A stretch of 18,310 nt of DNA from Fibrobacteria bacterium (GTDB taxonomy: Bacteria > Fibrobacterota > Fibrobacteria > UBA11236): assembly GCA_041746255.1 (NCBI GenBank), contig JBGTHM010000085.1, positions 1 through 18,310 of the forward strand, given 5' to 3'. Numbering within the stretch: the first letter of the stretch is position 1; every line of letters starts with the position of its first letter. Below the pieces are notes generated by a model, which was given only the letters and a program-made list of their open reading frames with translations, did not search any database and was not told the DNA's origin. The position numbers and the translations under genes are program-made. Below are positions 1-7,035 of the stretch, piece after piece.

Positions 1-1
1 A

Positions 2-67
2 GGTGAGGAGCTGGATTCGGAATTTCTGGCGAGTGATGAGGAAGATGAACTCGACGAAGAAAGCTGA
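2..67 (+). CDS. 3' end of an unidentified gene entering from the left (partial)
   Basis: Frame 2..67 reads GEELDSEFLASDEEDELDEES* (TGA 65-67), a typical acidic C-terminal tail. It converges on the map stop, 6 bp away. Too short to identify. Confidence 0.6.
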   Translation, partial: GEELDSEFLASDEEDELDEES

Positions 68-73
68 ATTGCG

Positions 74-820
74 TCAGAGACGGGTGAGAATCTCAACTCC
101 GTTTTTAGTCATGGCCAGGGTATGTTCGTATTGCGCGGAAAGTTTGCCATCCTTGGTATAGACGGTCCATCCGTCACCGGCTACGTAAACGTCGGCATCC
201 CCTTCGTTGATCATGGGCTCCACCGTGAAAACCATACCTTCCGTGATTCGATCACCCCGGTTCTTGGACCGGTAATGCAAAACCATGGGGTCTTCGTGGA
301 AATTCCGGCCGATTCCATGGCCACAAAACTCCCGCACCACGGTAAATCCTCCTTCATCGGCCACAGTCTGAATGGCGTTGCCGATATCTCCGAAATAATT
401 TCCGGGTACGGCCGCGGCTATTCCCTCAAGTAGGCATTGGTAAGTGGTGTCCATGAGCCGCTTGGCCATGGGAGAAATTTTACCGATGGCTACGGTACGC
501 GAAGTGTCTCCATGATACCCGTTGAGGGTGCATGTCACGTCGATGTTGATGATATCCCCGTCCTTGAGCACATATTCACCAGGGATGCCATGGCAGACGA
601 CATTGTTTACGGAGGTGCATACGGATTTGGGAAACCCGTGATAATTCAAGGGAGAAGGGTAGGCTCCGGCACGGAGAGTCAACTCATGCACAAAATCGTT
701 GATCTCATTGGTCGATACGCCGGGCTTGGCTTTTTCGACGGCCTGTTCCAGGATTTCAGCCGCCAATCTGCCGGCCAGCCTCATGAGGCCTATTTCCTTT
801 TCAGTTTTTTTCTTGATCAT
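74..820 (-). CDS. map: Methionine aminopeptidase, type I
   Basis: 248 aa with MetAP motifs CTSVNNVVCHGIP, DIINIDVT, GYHGDTSRT, FCGHGIG, FTVEPMIN and SAQYEHT, which carry the D, D, H, E, E metal ligands. Confidence 0.97.
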   Translation of the reverse strand: MIKKKTEKEIGLMRLAGRLAAEILEQAVEKAKPGVSTNEINDFVHELTLRAGAYPSPLNYHGFPKSVCTSVNNVVCHGIPGEYVLKDGDIINIDVTCTLNGYHGDTSRTVAIGKISPMAKRLMDTTYQCLLEGIAAAVPGNYFGDIGNAIQTVADEGGFTVVREFCGHGIGRNFHEDPMVLHYRSKNRGDRITEGMVFTVEPMINEGDADVYVAGDGWTVYTKDGKLSAQYEHTLAMTKNGVEILTRL

Positions 821-851
821 TGGGATGTTTTCGGATGCACGACACCTGCCA

Positions 852-868
852 TGTTATATTTAAAGGTA
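852..868. promoter_or_regulatory. Overlapping divergent sigma70-type -10 candidates for map and the lipoprotein gene
   Basis: AT-rich island. On +, TGtTATATT (TG 852-853, TATATT 855-860, extended -10). On -, TACCTT at 868-863 after a T run. Motif match only. Confidence 0.4.
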
Positions 869-936
869 AAAAAATAGCGAATGATGTGCTGCCGATACTG
901 TAGTTTGAGCGGAGGCGGTAGGGGGGTATTGATTTG

Positions 937-1200
937 ATGAAACGACTTTCGGTGTCGACCTGCGTTTGGATGGTTTTGGCCGGGTGGCTGTTGACGGCGT
1001 GCGGCGGCAATTGCGCCGAAAGCGTGCGTCTGGGAGATTTCGAAAGAAGCCAGGGGAATATGGAAAACGCCTTGCGGCATTATGAGCAAGCTTTGGCCCA
1101 GGATCCGAAGTGCACCGGCGTGGATGCCCGAATCCAGGAAACCCGGGAATTTCTCGAGAGCCGTCAGGGAGGCGAATCCTCCTCCTTACCCGACGAATAA
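937..1200 (+). CDS. Small TPR-motif lipoprotein
   Basis: MKR followed by a hydrophobic stretch and lipobox LTAC (Cys22). The mature part has one TPR-like repeat (LGDFERSQGNMENALRHYEQALAQDP). Upstream purine tracts GGAGG (911-915) and GGGGGG (921-926). TTG at 934 is an alternative start. Confidence 0.8.
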   Translation: MKRLSVSTCVWMVLAGWLLTACGGNCAESVRLGDFERSQGNMENALRHYEQALAQDPKCTGVDARIQETREFLESRQGGESSSLPDE

Positions 1201-1220
1201 ATGCTCTCGCTGAAATCGGT

Positions 1221-2705
1221 TCAGTTAGATTCGGAAACGACCTCTTCTTCAGCTGCGGCCACCTCGGCCTCGGCCTCGGTTTCGGTCGCGGCTGTCTCCA
1301 CGAAAGGCAGTCCGGTGAATCGCTCCCAATAGTAGCGATGGAGCATGAGTCCGAGCGCCTCCCTTTCCTCCGGCAATTGCAATAATTCGTCCAAAAGCGG
1401 GAGCATGCGGGCTGCGCCCTTCTTGTCCCATTGCTTGGTCTGGCGGAAGTCCTGATCCAGGAAAACATTCGTCCGTTCTCGGATGAGCTTCTCCAACTCC
1501 TGATCGCTGGGAAGGGATTGCTTGATGAAATTGATTCCGAACTGGGCGGCGGTGGCCTTGAGCGGAATTTCTTCCAACAAGCTGACCAGGGAAATGGCGC
1601 GTCCGAAATTTCCGGCGCGGGCCGTGCGACCGGCGCGATGGATGTAGACTTCGGAATCGTCCGGATGATCGTAAAGAAAGACATGCGACAACCCCTGGAT
1701 GTCGATGCCCCGGGCGGCCACGTCCGTGGCCACGAGAAGGCCGATCTTACCGGCCTTCAAATCCCTCATCACCTGCTGTCTCGCCTTTTGCTGTACGTCT
1801 CCCGAAATGATGCCTACCTTGAGGCCGCGGGCGAGCAGAAACTCGTACACATAGCTGACATCCCTGCGGGTATTGCAGAAAATGATCGCCGATTCGGGGT
1901 TCTCCTGCTCAATCAGCTTGAGCAACGCCACATCTTTTTCCGTGGGCTCCACCACGAAATAGAGGTGGTCCATATTGGTCACGGAAACCTCTTCCGGGGA
2001 GAGGCTCATGAATTTCGGTTGGCGTAAAAATTCCTGCGATAAGCGTTTCACATTCGCGGGTATGGTTGCGGAAAAAAGGAAAGTACAGCGTTCCTTGGGT
2101 AGGAGGCCATGGATGCGCTTCATATCCGGATAAAAACCCATGGACAGCATTTCGTCGGCTTCGTCCATCACCCAATCACGGATCGAATTCAGGCGGAAAG
2201 GGCCGTTCAGAATCTGATCCAGCACGCGTCCCGGAGTTCCCACTACCAGATGCACGCCTTTTTTGAGCGCCTCCAATTGGGGCCCATAGGCTACCCCGCC
2301 GTAAAGCGCCACGGCTTCTATGCCCAGGGGTTTACCAAAGCGAACCGCCTCTTCATAAACCTGCACTGCCAGTTCGCGAGTCGGTACCAGAATCAGGGCC
2401 TGGGGGCGGCGATGCTCGACCTCAATCACCTCGAGTATGGGCAGAATAAAGGCTCCGGTTTTACCGGATCCCGTTTTCGACTGAACGATGATGTCTTGGG
2501 CAGCCAGTAAGTAGGGGATGGCTTTTTTCTGCACCGGCATCAGATCCGCCCAATTATTGGCCCGGATAACCTCCTGCATACGCGGAGAGAATTTATCCAG
2601 GGAGAAATCTTCGAGGGGCGGCTGCGGTTCGATGATTTTCAAACCCACCATGGAAGTGGGGTTGCTGGGGGATTGGGGCTCGGAGGCCGGATGCAAGTTA
2701 TTCAT
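1221..2705 (-). CDS. ATP-dependent DEAD-box RNA helicase (DeaD/CshA-like core)
   Basis: Q motif (MPVQKKAIP), Walker A SKTGSGKT, PTRELA, GG, TPGR, DEAD, SAT, IIFCNT, TDVAARGID and HRAGRTAR. Confidence 0.95.
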   Translation of the reverse strand: MNNLHPASEPQSPSNPTSMVGLKIIEPQPPLEDFSLDKFSPRMQEVIRANNWADLMPVQKKAIPYLLAAQDIIVQSKTGSGKTGAFILPILEVIEVEHRRPQALILVPTRELAVQVYEEAVRFGKPLGIEAVALYGGVAYGPQLEALKKGVHLVVGTPGRVLDQILNGPFRLNSIRDWVMDEADEMLSMGFYPDMKRIHGLLPKERCTFLFSATIPANVKRLSQEFLRQPKFMSLSPEEVSVTNMDHLYFVVEPTEKDVALLKLIEQENPESAIIFCNTRRDVSYVYEFLLARGLKVGIISGDVQQKARQQVMRDLKAGKIGLLVATDVAARGIDIQGLSHVFLYDHPDDSEVYIHRAGRTARAGNFGRAISLVSLLEEIPLKATAAQFGINFIKQSLPSDQELEKLIRERTNVFLDQDFRQTKQWDKKGAARMLPLLDELLQLPEEREALGLMLHRYYWERFTGLPFVETAATETEAEAEVAAAEEEVVSESN

Positions 2706-2845
2706 ATGAATACCCGTTCATGTCTGGATTTATTCGTCGGCTTCAAAGTTGCTTATCGGGGGTGAAGGAATGCGTAGGCTGGGAAGCATGGCCAGGGAAG
2801 GTAAAAATACATTCATGGCCGCGAATGCCAAAATGGAGCGGGTCT

Positions 2846-4906
2846 TTACCGGACAGGGCTGCCATCGGGGGCCTCGCTGGTCAAGGGTCCTTGGGAATAG
2901 ATTAACGGCTTACCGGCCTGGCGGACTATGCCCCCATCGACTCGTAACGGTGCTGACAGAAAATCGGCCAGGCTGATTTGGGTCTTGGGCGCGGCCGTAA
3001 TGCCTTCGAAGGTTACTTTTTCTCCGGGCGCCCCTCCCTCCGGATGGAGGGGAAGCAAGGTGTCCTGAGGACCGGAAGCGGCCAGCAGCATGCCTTGGCT
3101 TTTTACTCCGCGTAAATTGGCCGGTTTGAGATTGGCTACGACGACCACTGGCTTGCCCAACAGATCTTCGGCCATCAGGTGGCCCCGCAAACCGGCGCAC
3201 AGGGTGCGTTTATCATTCCCCAAATCCACTTCGAGAACAAAGAGTTTTTCCGCATTGGGATGGTCAGTCACGGTTACGATGCGCGCTATCCGTAAATCCA
3301 CGCTGAGAAAGGGATCCCCCGATAGCTCTGATCCGGCGGCTGGGGCGTCGGTCTTTTCCTTTTTCCAGGCTACCCGCGGAAAAAGGTGAACGGATACAGC
3401 CATATCCCTTGCGGGTTTCCATGCTCCCCAAAGCAAGGCGCTTTCTCCACTGGCGATACCCAGAGCCCCTAAGGCTTCCGCCATTTTGGCGGGCATGACT
3501 GGGGACAAGAGGGTAAAGCAAAGTCGGAGAGCCTCGGCGGCTGGAAACAAGATGGCATTTAAAATTTCGGGATAATCCGGCGCCTGCTTATCCAGTTTCC
3601 AGGGTGCATGCGTTTCCAAAAATTTGTTGACGGCGCGCACTACGGTGAAAACCTCTTCGATGCCTTGGGATAATTTCAGCTCGGCGATTTTCCCGCAAGC
3701 AGCCATCACCACCGCTTCGGAGAGTTTTTGGAGGCTGCGCGCTTCCGTCGTTTCCGACTCTACCGGATTGAGCCTGGAGCCGAGACCTGTCGCGGCCAAT
3801 TTGAGAATACGGCTCAACCCATTACCCAAATCGTTGGCCAAATCGGAATTGAGCCGGGTGACGAATGCCTCTTCACTGAAAGAGGCGTCCAGGCCTAAGA
3901 CCATTTCCCGGGCCAGAAAATATCGGAAGGCGTCTACACCGTAAACATCGGCCATGGTCATGGGATTCACCACGTTTCCGGTGGTCTTGCTCATGCGGGC
4001 ATTGTCCATCATCCACCAGCCATGCGCCAGGATATGCCGCGGTTGCGGGAGATCCACCGCCTTGAGCAGAGTGGGCCAGTAGACGGCATGGGTAGTCAAA
4101 ATGTCTTTGCCGATCAGATGGTAGTCGGCGGGCCACATCGGCCTGCCATCGGGAAAGTTACGGCCATGCACTCCAGATACATAATTGAAAAGAGCGTCAA
4201 CCCAGACATAGGCCACGTAATCGGCGTCGAAGGGCAAGGTAATTCCCCATTGCAGGCGGGACTTGGGGCGGCTGATGCACAAATCGTTCAGGGGTTGCTT
4301 CAGAAAACCCAGAACTTCGTTTTTGCGGAAATCGGGCTGGATGAAATCGGGATGGGTTTCGATATATTCGACGAGCCAATCCTGATATTCCGACATTTTG
4401 AAGAAATAATTCTTCTCGAAAATTTTTTCCACCGGTCGGCCGCTGATGGGATCTTTACCGTCCACCAATTCCTTCTCGGAGAAAAATCGCTCTTCCGAAA
4501 GGGAATACCAGCCTTCGTATTCTTTGGCGTAGATGCGGTCGCTATCCCAAAGTTTTTGCAGCATGTCCTGAACAAAACGGATGTGTTCGGCGTCTGTGGT
4601 TCGAATGAAGTGGTCGTAGCCTATACCGAGTCGATTCCAGGCTTCTTTGAAGCGAAGCGAATAGATATCGCAATGCTCCTTTGGCGAGTGGCCATTTTTC
4701 TCCGCTGCCTGCTGTACCTTTTGCCCGTGCTCGTCGGTTCCCGTCAGGAAGAAAGTGGGAACCCCCATCAAGCGATGGTACCCCGCCAACACGTCCGCCA
4801 ATAAAGTGGTATAGGCATGCCCGATATGCGGAATGTCATTCACATAATAAATGGGCGTGGTGATATAAAAAGTGTCGGGCGTCGAAGCGTTTCTGGGGGC
4901 ATTCAT
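2846..4906 (-). CDS. metG: Methionine--tRNA ligase with C-terminal OB-fold tRNA-binding domain
   Basis: YITTPIYYVN, HIGH motif (PHIGH), GTDEHGQK, YVWVDAL.NY, IGKDI, KMSKS variant RMSKT, NSDLANDLGN. C-terminal DLRIARI...HPNAEKL...NLKPANLRGVKSQGMLL domain. Confidence 0.97.
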   Translation of the reverse strand: MNAPRNASTPDTFYITTPIYYVNDIPHIGHAYTTLLADVLAGYHRLMGVPTFFLTGTDEHGQKVQQAAEKNGHSPKEHCDIYSLRFKEAWNRLGIGYDHFIRTTDAEHIRFVQDMLQKLWDSDRIYAKEYEGWYSLSEERFFSEKELVDGKDPISGRPVEKIFEKNYFFKMSEYQDWLVEYIETHPDFIQPDFRKNEVLGFLKQPLNDLCISRPKSRLQWGITLPFDADYVAYVWVDALFNYVSGVHGRNFPDGRPMWPADYHLIGKDILTTHAVYWPTLLKAVDLPQPRHILAHGWWMMDNARMSKTTGNVVNPMTMADVYGVDAFRYFLAREMVLGLDASFSEEAFVTRLNSDLANDLGNGLSRILKLAATGLGSRLNPVESETTEARSLQKLSEAVVMAACGKIAELKLSQGIEEVFTVVRAVNKFLETHAPWKLDKQAPDYPEILNAILFPAAEALRLCFTLLSPVMPAKMAEALGALGIASGESALLWGAWKPARDMAVSVHLFPRVAWKKEKTDAPAAGSELSGDPFLSVDLRIARIVTVTDHPNAEKLFVLEVDLGNDKRTLCAGLRGHLMAEDLLGKPVVVVANLKPANLRGVKSQGMLLAASGPQDTLLPLHPEGGAPGEKVTFEGITAAPKTQISLADFLSAPLRVDGGIVRQAGKPLIYSQGPLTSEAPDGSPVR

Positions 4907-4925
4907 AGTGGGTAAAAGTTAATTA

Positions 4926-6320
4926 TTAACCCTTGCGGCGCGCTTTTGACTTGCGCGCTAAATCCACCACTTGTCCCACGACGATCAGGGTGGGCGAATC
5001 GAATCCCTGACGCGCCAATTCTCCCGCCAACGATTCCAAGGTGGAAAAGCAAAGCTTCTGGTCCGTCGTCGTCCCGTCTTGCACGGCCGCCGCGGGAGTG
5101 GAAGGCTTCCATCCGTTGGCCAAAAAGGCGGCTACGATTTCATCCAGCTTTTGCAGGCCCATCAGCACAACGATGGTATCCGCCTTGGGGATTTCCACAT
5201 TCACTTGCGAATAAGCCATTCCGCTCATAACCGCGTACGAGCGGGCCAGTCCTCGCGTCGTGAGGGGGATGCCGGCCCAAGTAGGGGCGGCCGTGGTTGA
5301 ACTTAATCCCGGTAGCACCTGCCAGGGAATGCCGGCCTTTTCCAAGGCCAGAATCTCCTCCCAACCGCGTCCGAATACGAATGGGTCTCCGCCTTTAAGA
5401 CGGACTACGCGCCGGCCGAGCCGGGCATGCTCGACCAGTTGCGCTTCGATTTCCTCCTGCCGGGCCGACTCGAAATGCCCCCGTTTGCCCACCTCGATTA
5501 TCATGCATCCGGCAGGCGCCCAGGCCAGCGTCTCGGTGGGGATGAGGCGGTCGTGGATGATTACGTCCGCTTTTTCCACCGCCTCCTTGGCCAACAGCGT
5601 CATGAGGCCGGGATTCCCGGGCCCCGCTCCCACCAATAAAACAGGTGGAATAGCGGCTGTATCCGGCGGGGGCGAAATCGCTTGGTCCCCGGACTTTCCC
5701 ACCAAGCGGGCCAACAGGGTATTGCGCAGGAACGTTTCTCCCTCGGATTGGAATTCGGCCAACAGCCTACCGTAAGGTAAGGAAGCGAAATGGCGTTGCA
5801 ATTCGATGGCCCCCATCCGCTTGCGCGCTTCGATACGGATTTCGCCCAGAATCCGGGCGAAATCACCCAAACGCGTGCCCAGCAAGCGGGCTATTTCGCG
5901 GCGCAGGTGGCGGGTCAGCCCCGGAGCCTTTCCACCGGTACCCACCGCGACGGTCACGTCACCCTGTCGATGCACTCCGGGTACATGAAAGGAACCCGCC
6001 AGGGAGGAATGCGCGGCATTGCAGGGAATGCCGGAGCGGGAACAGCATGCCGCCACGGCCTCATTGATTTCACTGTCGTCGGTCAAAGCGAAAACGAGAT
6101 GGAAACCCTGCTCGTCGCCGGGAGCGTATTCGCGCTCCAGCCAGGTGATGGCCGTGGATAAGCGGGTTACCGCCTCCACCGCTCGTGGTGAGACAACCGT
6201 GACCCGGGCCCCGCACTGGAGCAATTCCGGGATGCGTCGGGCCGCCACCCGTCCCGCGCCTACCACCAGCACCGGATGGCCGCTCAAATCGAGAAATACC
6301 GGGTAGAGCGGATTAGTCAT
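4926..6320 (-). CDS. cysG: Multifunctional siroheme synthase-like protein (precorrin-2 dehydrogenase/chelatase domain fused to uroporphyrinogen-III C-methyltransferase)
   Basis: N-terminal YPVFLDL...VGAGRVA Rossmann fold and TGGKAP. C-terminal SUMT motifs VGAGPGNPGLMT, ADVIIHDRL, VGKR, RLKGGDPFVFGRGWEE, PGLSS and AGIPLTTR. Start overlaps the upstream GT2 stop by 8 bp. Confidence 0.9.
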   Translation of the reverse strand: MTNPLYPVFLDLSGHPVLVVGAGRVAARRIPELLQCGARVTVVSPRAVEAVTRLSTAITWLEREYAPGDEQGFHLVFALTDDSEINEAVAACCSRSGIPCNAAHSSLAGSFHVPGVHRQGDVTVAVGTGGKAPGLTRHLRREIARLLGTRLGDFARILGEIRIEARKRMGAIELQRHFASLPYGRLLAEFQSEGETFLRNTLLARLVGKSGDQAISPPPDTAAIPPVLLVGAGPGNPGLMTLLAKEAVEKADVIIHDRLIPTETLAWAPAGCMIIEVGKRGHFESARQEEIEAQLVEHARLGRRVVRLKGGDPFVFGRGWEEILALEKAGIPWQVLPGLSSTTAAPTWAGIPLTTRGLARSYAVMSGMAYSQVNVEIPKADTIVVLMGLQKLDEIVAAFLANGWKPSTPAAAVQDGTTTDQKLCFSTLESLAGELARQGFDSPTLIVVGQVVDLARKSKARRKG

Positions 6321-7035
6321 GCTTTGCTTTCCGTCGTTTCAGCCATTCGCGCCCGATGGTCAGGAGGATTTTTCTTCCCGCCCGGTAACTTCCTATAACC
6401 GTACCGGATATTTTGGAGATGCCGATTCGCTTGCGGTAGGAGACGGGAACCTCTTGCACGCGCAAGCCATGATTAAGCGCCTTTACCTGCATTTCCACCG
6501 TCCACCCGAAATCTTGGTCTTCCATGCCCAATGCCATCAGGGAGGAGTACCGGATGGCACGGAACGGTCCCAAATCCGTATAGCGATATCCCCATCCCCA
6601 GGCTATGAGCCCGGTAGCAAGCCAATTCCCGAAGCGCGCCACGGGAACCAAGGCCCCTTTTTCCCGATTTCCCAAAACGCGCGAGCCAATGACCATATCC
6701 ATGCGGCCCTCTGCAATCGGTTCTATCAAGCGGGACAACTCGCGCGGATCATCACTGTAGTCACCGTCTAAAAATACCACGATTCGGGTATCCGGCCCCA
6801 AAGCCGCAATGCCACGCAAGCAAGCGGAACCATATCCCCGTCGGGCCTCGTATTCCACTGAGGCGCCGCCCTTTTTTGCGGCGGAGACCGTGTCATCGGT
6901 ACTGCCGTTGTCCACCACCACGACCTCGGCTAATCCAAGCGGAAGGTCTCCCAGCACCCGGGGAAGCGCTTTTTCTTCATTCAGTACGGGAATGATTACC
7001 CGGATACCGGGGGGGAGGTTCGTGTGCGCAGCCAT
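6313..7035 (-). CDS. Glycosyltransferase family 2, DPM1-like (polyprenol-phosphate sugar synthase type)
   Basis: IIPVLNEE, VDNGSTD, GYGSAC, FLDGDYSD (DXD), GSR, TDLGPFRAI, GWTVEMQVKA, EVPVSYRKR.G.SKISG. ATG at 7035 preferred over the 7101 start because the GT-A fold begins about 10 aa later and the overlap with the upstream gene is smaller. Confidence 0.88.
   Translation of the reverse strand: MAAHTNLPPGIRVIIPVLNEEKALPRVLGDLPLGLAEVVVVDNGSTDDTVSAAKKGGASVEYEARRGYGSACLRGIAALGPDTRIVVFLDGDYSDDPRELSRLIEPIAEGRMDMVIGSRVLGNREKGALVPVARFGNWLATGLIAWGWGYRYTDLGPFRAIRYSSLMALGMEDQDFGWTVEMQVKALNHGLRVQEVPVSYRKRIGISKISGTVIGSYRAGRKILLTIGREWLKRRKAKHD

Noticed and set aside
817..1089. 90-aa minus-strand ORF ending at the map start
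   Set aside because: Overlaps the better-supported lipoprotein gene on the opposite strand. Only its last 11 codons are kept, as a candidate uORF.
860..1684. 274-aa minus-strand ORF (Ser/Arg/Pro-rich)
   Set aside because: Alternative frame of the helicase and antisense to the lipoprotein; low-complexity shadow composition with no motifs.
4022..4804. 260-aa + strand ORF within metG
   Set aside because: Antisense shadow of a conserved gene with biased codon usage; no recognisable domain.
74..6320. A methionine/sulfur regulon (map, metG, cysG) with a T-box or SAM riboswitch
   Set aside because: The metG leader is only 19 bp and no riboswitch features are visible; the proximity is probably coincidental.
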